A stretch of DNA of 64,000 nt, from positions 10,395 to 74,394 of the forward strand of contig JAHDFM010000019.1 of NCBI GenBank assembly GCA_020628165.1. The letters run 5' to 3'. This stretch comes from Bdellovibrionales bacterium (GTDB lineage Bacteria; Bdellovibrionota; Bdellovibrionia; Bdellovibrionales; UBA1609). The notes beneath the pieces are model-generated. The model worked only from the letters and a program-made list of their open reading frames with translations, searched no databases and was not told where the DNA came from. Positions 40,190 to 50,710 of this stretch are shown in pieces. The position numbers and the translations under genes are program-made. Every line of letters begins with the position of its first letter. Position 1 is the stretch's first letter.

Positions 40190-41998
40190 ATGGGTTTAAA
40201 GTCAGTCAAATCAAATACTAAGCAAAAAGATCTCTATAGAAAATTTGATAAAATCAATGGCACGCATCCTTGGAGTGACATCGAAAATGGTCACGTCAAG
40301 TATCAAGTCCGAGAGCTTGATAAAGGACAAACCATTTACTTTAACTTCAACTTAGCTAAAGAAATGGGACTTATTGATAAATGTCATCCCCACAAAATGA
40401 ATGCTAAACTCAATAAAAAAATTCTTTCGACCTTTAATTTACGTATCATCAATGAATACGATGTTGAAAATAATTTATTCACTAATGAAGTGACAAAAGA
40501 GCACGCATACATTGCCTCCAGATATTTACAATTACAGCACAAAGACAAGCGTGGTCTCTCATCTGGAGACGGCCGTGGATTGTGGAATGGGTATATCAAA
40601 CACAAAGGTGTTACCTGGGATGTTAGCAGTCGTGGGACAGGAGTCACTTGCTTAGCTCCAGGTGCAGTGAAGTCAGGCCGCAACTTACAAACTGGCACTG
40701 AGGAGTTTGGTTATGGTTGCGGACTTGCTGAGATAGATGAACTCATTGGTACAGCCATTATGTCTGAAACCATTCACAACTATGGCTTTGAAACAGAGCG
40801 CATGCTTGCCATTGTCGATTTTGGAGATGGATGTGGTATCGGTGTGCGAGCTGGTAAAAACTTAATTCGACCGGCCCACCTATTTTTACATCTCAAACAA
40901 AATAATCTTGAAAGCCTCAAGCAAGCTGTCGACTATTATATTGATAGACAAATCAACAACAAAGACTGGCAATTTGGCCCTAAAGAAAACAAATACAGTG
41001 CTATGTTAGACTATATTTGCGATAGCTTTGCAAGATTCAGCGCACGCTTAGAAAGAGAATATCTTTTTACTTGGCTAGATTGGGATGGTGACAACGTCCT
41101 TGCCAATGCTGGGCTTATTGATTATGGCAGCATTCGGTGGCTGGGCTTGAGACACGATAAATATCGCTACGATGATGTTCAACGTTACTCAACAACTCTG
41201 AACGAACAAAAAGGGAAAGCTCAACTCACTGTGCAAGTCTTCGCCCAACTCATAGATTACATAAAAACAAAAAAGAAAAAACCGCTGGTTGATTTTAAAA
41301 GCCATAAAATCATAAAACAGTTCAATGACCAGTTCGATGAACAGATTAAAAAACATTTTATGTATCAAATAGGATTGAATTCGAAAAATATCGAAAAACT
41401 TTTTACACGTCATAAAAAAATCATTGATGACATCTATTTTGATTTTCAATTTTTTGAAAAATTAAAAACAGAGCAAGGAGTCGTCGAAGTTGAAGATGGC
41501 ATAAACCACCCGCCGATTCTAAATATGCGTTATTTTTTATTGAAACTGCCACAATATCTTTTGATAGAAAATTTTGAACTCGACAATCCAAAAATTGATA
41601 GCTTTATTTATGAGACTGCCAGTGAATTTGCCACTGAACACGACATCAAACACCTCAGCAAATATGAAGATCGTTTTATGAATTTAATTCGCAATTATTC
41701 TCAATTGATGACTCAATTTAATTCAAAACAAATTGATAAACTTATACAACGATCAAAACAAATCAATAAACAAGAACGAATGACAGGGAACGCTCTGATT
41801 TTTATTGTTCAAAAAATAATGAAATTAAAAGGTCACGTAAGTCATATTTCTATTCAAAAAATCATTGAAGCTTTGATCACAAAACAAATGCTGAATCTCG
41901 ATGATGAAACCAGTTTTAACTACCGATTGAATCCAAAAGAAAAACAAGCTTTAAATAGCTTTGACAACTTAATTCAGATTTACAAAGAAGATCTTTAA
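40190..41998 (+). CDS. Divergent SelO/YdiU-like protein adenylyltransferase (pseudokinase)
   Basis: YLQLQH...SGDGRG, SRGTG, DGDN...IDYG. Confidence 0.65.
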   Translation: MGLKSVKSNTKQKDLYRKFDKINGTHPWSDIENGHVKYQVRELDKGQTIYFNFNLAKEMGLIDKCHPHKMNAKLNKKILSTFNLRIINEYDVENNLFTNEVTKEHAYIASRYLQLQHKDKRGLSSGDGRGLWNGYIKHKGVTWDVSSRGTGVTCLAPGAVKSGRNLQTGTEEFGYGCGLAEIDELIGTAIMSETIHNYGFETERMLAIVDFGDGCGIGVRAGKNLIRPAHLFLHLKQNNLESLKQAVDYYIDRQINNKDWQFGPKENKYSAMLDYICDSFARFSARLEREYLFTWLDWDGDNVLANAGLIDYGSIRWLGLRHDKYRYDDVQRYSTTLNEQKGKAQLTVQVFAQLIDYIKTKKKKPLVDFKSHKIIKQFNDQFDEQIKKHFMYQIGLNSKNIEKLFTRHKKIIDDIYFDFQFFEKLKTEQGVVEVEDGINHPPILNMRYFLLKLPQYLLIENFELDNPKIDSFIYETASEFATEHDIKHLSKYEDRFMNLIRNYSQLMTQFNSKQIDKLIQRSKQINKQERMTGNALIFIVQKIMKLKGHVSHISIQKIIEALITKQMLNLDDETSFNYRLNPKEKQALNSFDNLIQIYKEDL

Positions 41999-42022
41999 TT
42001 TTTTATATCAAATAATGATCGC

Positions 42023-43135
42023 TTAATCAGTCTCAATCATTGTCAGAGCGTACTTAAAAGCAAACACCGTTGGACAGAATATAGACTGATTTCTTATATA
42101 ATTTTCTTTTTCTTTGTCTGTTTTTATATCGTTATTTGGACAAGCTCCTAAATTATAAGGTTGTTCTAGCGGGGTCCAAGTTTTTTCTGTGTATAAGCTG
42201 TGGTTAAAAATTTCAGTATAACCCATTTCTGTGACCTCTGAGGGCGAACTTCTTTTGAGATCAATTCCTTCTTGTCCTTCAAAACTGCCCTTTAATGCCA
42301 CCCTGTGTCTGTCGACTTCACAAGCCTTCATTTGTCTTAAAATTATGTCTTCGTAATCTTCATCTGTGGGGGTCGGTGTTTTCAAACATATTTTAGGATC
42401 ACTGTCTTGATTGTTAGTGTGCATTTCAGCACTCTGCCAATCACCTATGATAAGAGTTGGATAAGTTTTAAATAACCTTGCTGGCACAGAGCTTGCCATA
42501 TATTTTCTAAGATTTTTAATTTGTACTGTTCTTAACCCATCTCCTTTATTGCCATCAAAATCTCGCTCCATTAAATTGAGTGCCACTAAATTAAAAGCAA
42601 ACTTATTAGATTTTTTTCGAATCACACCATGAAAACCATATTTTGTAGCTGATCCTAAATTAATTTTGAATTCATCATCTTCGGGAGCAGCAATCTCAAA
42701 GTATTTATTTGAAAAGCAAACGACAATATTACTGTCATTACTTTCACCGGTGGAAACACATTTTAACTGCACACCATTTAAAATTTGTAAGAGATGACTT
42801 GCACCACGATTGCCATGAACATTGTTAAAAATGGCTATATTTGTTTCACTTTGTTCAAATATCTTTTTTTGCACAGTTGCTTTTAAGTAACGAACCTTAC
42901 CAGCATCCTCGTCATCTTTGTCTTTTGGGTTGTCTGGATCGGGAATATTAACGTTGTTACCAAGATCATCAAAACTAAAAACAGTAAAGTTAATTTCACC
43001 AGGCTTTGGAATTACAACCTTACCACTTGCTTGAGAGCCATTACCTCCGGGCGGTGTTTTATAAACACCTGGAGAGGTGCTGTTTCTGTCACATGAAAAT
43101 AAGAATGGGACCAAAAAAAGTATTAGTAGGCGCAT
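42023..43135 (-). CDS. Lipoprotein, possible degenerate endonuclease/exonuclease/phosphatase fold
   Basis: LFSC lipobox. TVFSF, LIIGDWQ and C-terminal SIFCP echo the EEP GDxN and SDHxP motifs. Confidence 0.5.
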   Translation of the reverse strand: MRLLILFLVPFLFSCDRNSTSPGVYKTPPGGNGSQASGKVVIPKPGEINFTVFSFDDLGNNVNIPDPDNPKDKDDEDAGKVRYLKATVQKKIFEQSETNIAIFNNVHGNRGASHLLQILNGVQLKCVSTGESNDSNIVVCFSNKYFEIAAPEDDEFKINLGSATKYGFHGVIRKKSNKFAFNLVALNLMERDFDGNKGDGLRTVQIKNLRKYMASSVPARLFKTYPTLIIGDWQSAEMHTNNQDSDPKICLKTPTPTDEDYEDIILRQMKACEVDRHRVALKGSFEGQEGIDLKRSSPSEVTEMGYTEIFNHSLYTEKTWTPLEQPYNLGACPNNDIKTDKEKENYIRNQSIFCPTVFAFKYALTMIETD

Positions 43136-43564
43136 CCAAAAATCCTTTTTTGAATTTAAATTTATGCAAAGAAAATCTCTTAATTTTTATGACTACAATT
43201 AAAACTCAACTACAAATGATAACAGATTTATATTGGGCTGGGTTTTACAAATATTCAGTAGCTGGAGTCATATTTACGAGACAGACTTTACTCACATTAC
43301 TTTTTAATTATACAAATAAAAAAGTAGACCAACAAGAAATTAAGATGATACCGGAACAGATTCTGTTTTTTCACACTCGACTTGTTTCTACTTAAAGTGT
43401 GGATTTAAAAGTGTAAGCACAATCTTGCAATTCATATATGTTTATTTTATAAGCAATTTATTGATTAAAAAATTAAATAATTACAGTGCTTTACGGGTTA
43501 TCCGCTGTCTTGCTATTCAATTTGATTAATATTATATTAGCAAACGATAAAGAGGAGCTATAGT

Positions 43565-45289
43565 TTGCCTGGGAAAATACCAAAGCACTTACAGAAGTAC
43601 GTTGTAGAACAAAAGCTGAACCAGTACACAGCTAAAGATCATGCTGTTTGGCGATTTTCTATGCGCCAGCTTTATCATTACTTAAAAGACAATGCCCATG
43701 AAAGTTATGTTGAAGGCTTAAAAAATACAGGCATAGAAATAGAAACCATTCCTAGCATTTCAACTATTAACGAAAAGTTAAATCAATTTGGATGGGGCGC
43801 CATTCCTGTGAGTGGTTTTATACCACCGACAGCTTTTATGGAGTTCCAGTCACTAGGCTACTTACCGATAGCCAGTGACATTAGAACCATGGACCATATT
43901 TTATACACACCAGCTCCCGATATTATTCACGAAGCTGCTGGGCACGCACCTATTATTTTTAATCCAGAGTTTTCTTCTTATCTAAAAAAATACGCAGAAG
44001 TTGCCAAAAAAGCGTTACTCAACAAAGACGACATTGAACTGTACAAAGCCATTCGCGAGCTGAGCGACATGAAAGAGCACCCTAGCTCAACAGCTGAGCA
44101 AATAGAGCAATGTGAAACTAAGTTACAAAATGTCTCAGACAACTTACAGGCCCCTTCAGAAGCCGCGTTGCTCAGTCGCATGAATTGGTGGACCGCTGAA
44201 TATGGCTTAATTAAAGACGATAACGACGATCGAATCTACGGAGCAGGACTACTTTCATCAATAGGTGAATCTGAAAATAGTCTCAGAGATGATGTAAAAA
44301 AAATTCCTATCTCGATTGATTGCATTAACTACAGCTATGATATCACTGAAGAACAGCCACAATTGTTCACTGCTCAAAGTTTTAAACAGCTCGAAGAAAT
44401 TCTCATAGAATTTAGTGAAACGATGGCCTACAAAATAGGCGGCCCTAAGTCCGTTGAAAAGGCAATTCAAGCTGAAACCGTAAACACTTTTGAATTGAAC
44501 AGTGGTGTACAAATTTCTGGTCTGATCACTCAGCAAATCTTCGCCGATCAAAAAACCTGTTTTGCTAAAACAGAAGGCCCTACACAAATCTCCTTCAACA
44601 ATCAACAGCTTGAAGGGCATAACAAAGAGTTTCATTCTCATGGATACAGCACCATTATTGATACTATCAATGGCAATTGTCTGAGTGAATTGTCGAAAGC
44701 TCAGCTCTCTGAAGTTGGGTTAGCACTCAATAGCGAAGTGAATTTGACGTTTGACCATGGCTTTAAGTTATCAGGCAATGTAAAAGACATTTTGTTTATT
44801 AATGACACTGCAAAGCTGATCAAATTTGTCGACTGCACCATCACTTATAATGACGATGTTTACTTTCAGCCGGATTGGGGTGATTTTGATTTAGCTTTAG
44901 GAAGTTCAGTCGTATCTGTCTTTAGTGGAGTTGCCGACAGCGTTAGCTACGGTGAACTCTATAATTTTGAAGTACAGACAGTGCCACCCATTGCCATAAC
45001 ACAAAAAGATCAACTCACCTTTAATTTTTACCAAGAAATTCGAGATTATAGAATTCAAAATAATGATGACTTAAATTTATTGAATGAGCTTATAAGTAAG
45101 TACCAAAAAGAATACAGCTCCGAGTGGCTTGCCGGGATAGAGCTTCTAGAATTAATTCAAAAAGTTGACCCGAACAATGACAAAGTTGATGAGCTCTTTT
45201 TACAACTACAAGATCAAGCTGCTAATAACGTAAATATATCTATTTGTATTTTAAAAGGTTTACAATTGTCAGAACTAGAATTTCAATAG
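43565..45289 (+). CDS. phhA: Aromatic amino acid (phenylalanine 4-) hydroxylase, long form
   Basis: YTPAPDIIHEAAGHAP, WWTAEYGL, YGAGLLSSIGE. Confidence 0.9.
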   Translation: MPGKIPKHLQKYVVEQKLNQYTAKDHAVWRFSMRQLYHYLKDNAHESYVEGLKNTGIEIETIPSISTINEKLNQFGWGAIPVSGFIPPTAFMEFQSLGYLPIASDIRTMDHILYTPAPDIIHEAAGHAPIIFNPEFSSYLKKYAEVAKKALLNKDDIELYKAIRELSDMKEHPSSTAEQIEQCETKLQNVSDNLQAPSEAALLSRMNWWTAEYGLIKDDNDDRIYGAGLLSSIGESENSLRDDVKKIPISIDCINYSYDITEEQPQLFTAQSFKQLEEILIEFSETMAYKIGGPKSVEKAIQAETVNTFELNSGVQISGLITQQIFADQKTCFAKTEGPTQISFNNQQLEGHNKEFHSHGYSTIIDTINGNCLSELSKAQLSEVGLALNSEVNLTFDHGFKLSGNVKDILFINDTAKLIKFVDCTITYNDDVYFQPDWGDFDLALGSSVVSVFSGVADSVSYGELYNFEVQTVPPIAITQKDQLTFNFYQEIRDYRIQNNDDLNLLNELISKYQKEYSSEWLAGIELLELIQKVDPNNDKVDELFLQLQDQAANNVNISICILKGLQLSELEFQ

Positions 45290-45290
45290 T

Positions 45291-47183
45291 TTAGGCTTTC
45301 TTCTTAAAGAAACCTGTCACAACAGTGCTAATATCATTAGAAAGAATACTGTCAGCCTTACCAGCTTTTTCTAATTGGCTCTTTAAATTCATGATTTCTC
45401 TTCGAGCCGGTAAAAAGTTTTTATTGTAACCGAGCGACTTTTCGAATTCATCCAAGGCATCTTGATACTTCTTTGATCTTTTATAAAAGATTCCCATAAC
45501 CAAAGAATAGAGTTCATTTCTTTTATCTTCAATTTCAAAGGCGATCAATTCATTATATATATCTAAACGCTCTTTTTTATCTTCAATTCTTTTATGTACT
45601 TTCAGATAGCACCAATAGTAATAAAGAGTCAGCATAGGCTCATCATGCATAGACCTTGCTTTTTCAAACTCATGAAGGGCCTCTTTGTACTTTGAACGAC
45701 TCAGGTATGATTGGCCCTTTTCCTTAATACTCTCAGCCATAAGAATTTTTTCAGTCTCTTTGCTTTTAATCTCGTTCTCATATTTTTCTTTTCTCTTAGG
45801 ATCAGTCAATATCCCATGAGCTTCTGACACAATTGAAAAGACTTTTTGATTTAAATCAATTAGACTTTGCGGTGCTGCTGAAGGAATTTTATCTGGATGG
45901 TTCAATTTAGCAAATGTTTTGAAGAAGGTGGCCACAAATATTGCACGAGAGTCATCAACTCCTAAAAATTTAAAAACTTGCTCAGGTGACTTCCCTTCGA
46001 CACCCTTTAAGATAAGACTAAGTCGATTAGCTAAATTTTCAAGCTCTTTTTCCGAAACTTGAGACTCACCAAATGTGATATACCCTTTTACCGTTAATAA
46101 GTAAAATAAATCAAACATCTCCTCTTGAGTGGTCTCATGAAAAAGCTCATTTACATTATTATGTTTTTCCATCTCAGGAATTAAACCTGCATTCACTTGA
46201 AATATGGGAAATGAAAGTAGCTCTCTATCGTTCTTATAGGCATGGTTTACGCTATAACCAAAGTTCAAAATAGATTTTTTATAAGACTCTTTATCTTGGT
46301 CCGTCATTTTATTGATGTAGTCTAAATAAATAAAATTTTCATTTTTAATTGTCAATTTTGATTTTAAATTACTTTGATTGAGTGGCGCTAGTCCCATATC
46401 AAAATTGATTGTTGTTTCATCAAATAAAAAATCATTCAACGCCGAGTTTAGAATATCGTTCTGAATGTCAGTAATAAGGTGTGGACTTACTATAGACCTA
46501 GATATCAACTGTTCACAAATCTCATCATTTTTATTGACATATCTATTCAGAATATCTTGAGTCGTATAGTTTAGATTTAAAATTTTCTGAACAACTGTGT
46601 TGTACTTGCCTTTAGCATCAATATTAACAATTTCACCGTCGAGCATATCAATACGATAATCTAAAAAATGTGTTTTAACAGAGGCTGATTGTTTCTTTAA
46701 GAGTGTTAAGAGGGGTAATATATCTGACTTGCCAATACTTATTATAAAACGCTCTTGCTCATAAGTTTTGTTAAGTATTTTATCTAACCAATCAGAAGCT
46801 CCACCTGAGACTGAATCTTCTTCTTGCTTAAAGATGGCAACTAACTTATCAAGGTCAAGAGGCTTGAATAAAAAATCTGTAGCTGCAGCCTTTTTAATTG
46901 AACTGTCTGCAAACTTTTGGTCTTTAAAAATCCCAGAAATTAAGACAATGTTTTTTTGAAAATTAATTTCTTCACGCATTTTTGTGGCCAAATCAACGCC
47001 ATTAATACCTGGAATCATACAATCAACAACAACACCGTTGATTTTCTCAACTCTCAAAGTGCTTAATGCTCTTTTACCTTTTGTTTCAATGATAGTTTCA
47101 AAACCACTACGGATGAAAGCTTCAGAAATAGCTGTAGCTACCGTATTGTCATCATCTACAATTAAAATTTTTGACTTTGCCAT
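45291..47183 (-). CDS. Response regulator fused to a J-domain and TPR repeats
   Basis: N-terminal REC (IVDDD, DCMIPG), HPD motif (AKLNHPDK), C-terminal TPR-like helices. Confidence 0.8.
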   Translation of the reverse strand: MAKSKILIVDDDNTVATAISEAFIRSGFETIIETKGKRALSTLRVEKINGVVVDCMIPGINGVDLATKMREEINFQKNIVLISGIFKDQKFADSSIKKAAATDFLFKPLDLDKLVAIFKQEEDSVSGGASDWLDKILNKTYEQERFIISIGKSDILPLLTLLKKQSASVKTHFLDYRIDMLDGEIVNIDAKGKYNTVVQKILNLNYTTQDILNRYVNKNDEICEQLISRSIVSPHLITDIQNDILNSALNDFLFDETTINFDMGLAPLNQSNLKSKLTIKNENFIYLDYINKMTDQDKESYKKSILNFGYSVNHAYKNDRELLSFPIFQVNAGLIPEMEKHNNVNELFHETTQEEMFDLFYLLTVKGYITFGESQVSEKELENLANRLSLILKGVEGKSPEQVFKFLGVDDSRAIFVATFFKTFAKLNHPDKIPSAAPQSLIDLNQKVFSIVSEAHGILTDPKRKEKYENEIKSKETEKILMAESIKEKGQSYLSRSKYKEALHEFEKARSMHDEPMLTLYYYWCYLKVHKRIEDKKERLDIYNELIAFEIEDKRNELYSLVMGIFYKRSKKYQDALDEFEKSLGYNKNFLPARREIMNLKSQLEKAGKADSILSNDISTVVTGFFKKKA

Positions 47184-47191
47184 TAATGAAT

Positions 47192-47217
47192 ATATCGGTG
47201 ATTCTTCTGTTTTTTTA
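47192..47217 (-). promoter_or_regulatory. Possible sigma28 (FliA)-like promoter
   Basis: TAAA-14nt-ACCGATAT, 8 nt before ATG 47183. Confidence 0.35.
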
Positions 47218-47453
47218 AAGATATTAGTGACGTTTAACTCGACTTATGTCAGATCATAAAACCAAAAAAATGAATCTTGATTGAGTATTAAAGTGATTAT
47301 TTCTCTACGTTAGACTTCAGTTCAATTTTTAAAACTTTCGTCGAGGTTATTTTTTTAATTAAATTTTTACCATATTGATTTGAAACACTGCTCACAACAA
47401 CAAATCAACTTGTTGGCCTAAGTTTTTCATAAGATTTATGTAAGAGATCAAAC

Positions 47454-48590
47454 CTACTCTAAAAAGGCTGAATACAAAATATCATCATCAAATTTAATTA
47501 AGTGACTCTTCTTCAAGCTAATTTTATCTTTAAATTCTGAGATGCTTAGGTCGCTGGTCCACGAAAGCCCGAGTTGATCCCCTAGTAAGTACGGCGTTAT
47601 AAAGTTTTTTATGCAATTAAATGCTTGTTGTTGCAAAAATTGCGACAAAGTGTGAGCCCCCCCTTCCACCAATACACTTTTTATGCCTAGTTCAAAGAGG
47701 TTTTGTCGCAAGACATTTAGATCAATTTGACCATGTTTGTTCATTTCATAATTAACTGTTTTATAATCTGCAGTTTTCTTATTGGTTACAATAAAAATAT
47801 TTTCAGACGAATGACTCTTTAACAAATTAGATTGTTCTAAAAGAGGAATGGTCTCAAGTTGTGTATCAATCAATATAACCTTGTTCTCACGTATCAACTC
47901 ACTTTCTAAATAGCGCACATTAAGACTCGGATTATCAATTAAAAAAGTATTTTTTCCAACGAGAACAGCATCGTGACCATTTCGCAACCGGTGTGTGTAA
48001 AAACGACTCTTTTCATTAGATAACCATTTGCTCTCACCACTTTTAGCTGCCAAGTAACCATCTAATGTGGTGGCCATTTTTAAAGTGATGTATGACTTTT
48101 TTGATTTAGCCAAAAATAAATATTTATCTAAAACATTTTTGATATCAGTCTCTAAACCAAAAGTATTCTGTTCAACAACAGTGCCTCTCGCTTCAATGTC
48201 TTTTAAGCCTTGATCATCAAATAATGGGTTTGGGTCACTCACAGCATATATAAGGCGTGAAAAGTTATATTGATGCAATATCTGCTTACAAGGAGGTGTT
48301 TTTCCAAAGTGCCCACACGGCTCCAAAGTGACTATCATTTGCGCTTGTTCTAATAACTTTTTATCACTCACAGAGTCGATAGCGTTCACCTCAGCATGAG
48401 CCTTGCCGTACTGCTGATGATGTCCATAACCAATCAATGCATTGTCTTTACTTAATAAAACACAGCCGACAGGCGGGTTGGGCTCAACATAGCCAACCCC
48501 CTGCTCTGCTAACTGCAAAGCAAGTTTCATTGCTGATTTCAAGGTGTACTTTTGATTGAGTAAAGGTGCTAGCTCTTCCAAGACTGCCAA
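47454..48590 (-). CDS. ribD: Riboflavin biosynthesis deaminase/reductase
   Basis: PNPPVGC, HAE, TLEPCGHFGKTPPC, SKW, VEGG. Exact start uncertain. Confidence 0.95.
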   Translation of the reverse strand: MAVLEELAPLLNQKYTLKSAMKLALQLAEQGVGYVEPNPPVGCVLLSKDNALIGYGHHQQYGKAHAEVNAIDSVSDKKLLEQAQMIVTLEPCGHFGKTPPCKQILHQYNFSRLIYAVSDPNPLFDDQGLKDIEARGTVVEQNTFGLETDIKNVLDKYLFLAKSKKSYITLKMATTLDGYLAAKSGESKWLSNEKSRFYTHRLRNGHDAVLVGKNTFLIDNPSLNVRYLESELIRENKVILIDTQLETIPLLEQSNLLKSHSSENIFIVTNKKTADYKTVNYEMNKHGQIDLNVLRQNLFELGIKSVLVEGGAHTLSQFLQQQAFNCIKNFITPYLLGDQLGLSWTSDLSISEFKDKISLKKSHLIKFDDDILYSAFLE

Positions 48591-49666
48591 TAATCACTCA
48601 CTTCCACTGACTGCAACACTTCATCCCTGAGAAGTGGCCAGCGACTGTCAATCATAACTGCCGTTTCATCGGTACGCTTTTTAGTTTGCACTGTGTCCAC
48701 AGCCTTCGGATGTGGCCCGTGAGGAAAGCCAGCCGGGTGAAATGTCATCATTCCAGCATGTAAATTATCTCTCGAGAAAAAATCACCATCATGATAAAAA
48801 AGCACTTCATCATAATCAATGTTCTGATGATAAAATGGGACTTTTAAAGCGTCAGCATCTTCTTCTAAAGGGCGCGGTAAGAACGTACAAATCACAAAAT
48901 CCTTAGCAACAAATGTTGTGTGCGCGCTCGGAGGTAAGTGAGAACGATGGCTCATCAATGGCATCATGTTGTCTGTATGCAATGTAAATGGGAAAAGATC
49001 ACCTTTCCAACCGATGACATCATATATAGGCTCAGAGTAAGTAAATTTTGTATGCTCGTTGTTATGCTTCACCGTGATCAAATCCGTATTGACTTCATTG
49101 TCTTTTACAAACTGGTTGAGCTTGTCTAAATTTGGTTTACCAATGGTTTCTATGTCATAAACAGCGTGCCTACCAGCAATGCCTCTGTCTGGCTCTTCAT
49201 AGTGACTGGTTTTATTCTCAATAATCAAAAACTCGGTCTCTTCACCTACATAGAACTCGTAAGTTAAGCACTTAGGAATAACAATGTAAGAGCCTTTTTT
49301 GTAATCTAATAAACCATACTCTGTGAGAACGTGACCAGAGCCCTGATGACAAAAGAAAATGGTATCTGCATCGGCATTTCTGTAAGCTTGATTCTTTAAG
49401 CCTGGAGACAATTTGCTAATGTGAACCGCTAATTGATGATTGTACAAAAGACGTTGCCACTTATTACTTTTGCTCAATTCTACTAAGTCAAAAAGCCTTG
49501 GCTTTAAAGGCCCCTCGATAGTCTCCCAACGTGTGCTCGGCTTTTTTTTGATGAGGTGAGAAACTGGCCCAAAAAAACCTTTCAGCCCCTGCTCTTCTTC
49601 GTAATAGCCTTCTGGAATTCCTTTATGTGCTTGTCGTGTTGGTTTTCCTTGGCTGTAATGATGCAT
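48569..49666 (-). CDS. hmgA: Homogentisate 1,2-dioxygenase
   Basis: HLPPSAH, PFYHQNIDYDEVLFY, HPAGFPHGPHP. Confidence 0.92.
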   Translation of the reverse strand: MHHYSQGKPTRQAHKGIPEGYYEEEQGLKGFFGPVSHLIKKKPSTRWETIEGPLKPRLFDLVELSKSNKWQRLLYNHQLAVHISKLSPGLKNQAYRNADADTIFFCHQGSGHVLTEYGLLDYKKGSYIVIPKCLTYEFYVGEETEFLIIENKTSHYEEPDRGIAGRHAVYDIETIGKPNLDKLNQFVKDNEVNTDLITVKHNNEHTKFTYSEPIYDVIGWKGDLFPFTLHTDNMMPLMSHRSHLPPSAHTTFVAKDFVICTFLPRPLEEDADALKVPFYHQNIDYDEVLFYHDGDFFSRDNLHAGMMTFHPAGFPHGPHPKAVDTVQTKKRTDETAVMIDSRWPLLRDEVLQSVEVSDYWQSWKS

Positions 49667-50710
49667 TTATAAATATCCTCTGCGGCGTTGATCTTCTTCG
49701 ATAGCCTCAAACAGTGCTTGAAAATTACCTTCACCAAAACCCTTGTGACCTTTTCTTTGAATAATTTCAAAAAAGATCGGACCTATGAGGTTCTTGGTAA
49801 AGATTTGTAAAAGATAAGCTGAACTGTCGCCATCAACTAAGATTTTTAATTTTTTGAGAGTTTCTAAATCTTCGGTCACACCTGGAACACGGTCTAAGAG
49901 GTTTTCATAGTAAGTGTCTGGTACGTCGAGGAACTGAACACCTTGCTCTCTTAAGGCTGCCACTGTGGCACAGATGTCATCGGTGCGCATAGCTAAATGT
50001 TGAATTCCAGACCCATCATACTCGTCTAAGTACTCTTGGATTTGTGATTTCGTATCCGTTGGTTCGTTGATAGGAACGATAATTTTTTTACAAGGTGACA
50101 TCATTACTTTAGAAACCAAACCAGTCTCCATTCCTTTGATGTCAAAAAAACGAACTTCTTTAAAGTTAAAAATCTTTTCATAAAAATCACACCACTGATC
50201 CATCGCACCAGCAGGAACATTGTTAGTCATGTGATCTACAAAGCTTAACCCACAACCAGGCTGATCCGTGTTAGTATCAATAACAAAGTCTTGGGCAAAT
50301 ATTTTTTCAGAACCTTTTTCATCGATAAAGTAAATCAACGAATCACCAATTCCATAAACAGCCTTAAAACTGTGACCTTCACCTTCGTAAGGTTTCGCTC
50401 CTCTAGCGACAGCTGCTTCAAAAGCTTTTTCGGCATCATTCACGCGAAAACCTGTTGCACAGATAGAAGGACCATGTGCTGAGTTAAAAGAATCTGCAAA
50501 GCTATTCACTTCTTTATTCAAAATAAAGTGCACGTCGTTTTGTTTATAAAGATCTATGTTCTTACTGTGATGGCTACCAATCTTTTTAAATTGAAAATTT
50601 GCAAAGAGCTGCTCCATAGCTTCAGGGTTTTTAGTGCTATACTCAATAAATTCCATTCCGTTCAGGCCAACTGGGTTTTGGTCCGTTTGTGGTTCTCTCA
50701 CCATTTCCAT
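49667..50710 (-). CDS. hppD: 4-hydroxyphenylpyruvate dioxygenase
   Basis: DHMTNNV, GIQHLA, FFEIIQRKG, GFGEGNF. Confidence 0.96.
   Translation of the reverse strand: MEMVREPQTDQNPVGLNGMEFIEYSTKNPEAMEQLFANFQFKKIGSHHSKNIDLYKQNDVHFILNKEVNSFADSFNSAHGPSICATGFRVNDAEKAFEAAVARGAKPYEGEGHSFKAVYGIGDSLIYFIDEKGSEKIFAQDFVIDTNTDQPGCGLSFVDHMTNNVPAGAMDQWCDFYEKIFNFKEVRFFDIKGMETGLVSKVMMSPCKKIIVPINEPTDTKSQIQEYLDEYDGSGIQHLAMRTDDICATVAALREQGVQFLDVPDTYYENLLDRVPGVTEDLETLKKLKILVDGDSSAYLLQIFTKNLIGPIFFEIIQRKGHKGFGEGNFQALFEAIEEDQRRRGYL

Noticed and set aside
41960-42020. Selenocysteine read-through at the end of the SelO-like gene
   Set aside because: The stop is TAA, with no in-frame TGA or SECIS-like hairpin.
43006-43395. 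129-aa plus-strand ORF
   Set aside because: Overlaps the lipoprotein start on the opposite strand, AT-rich, no recognisable RBS or motif.
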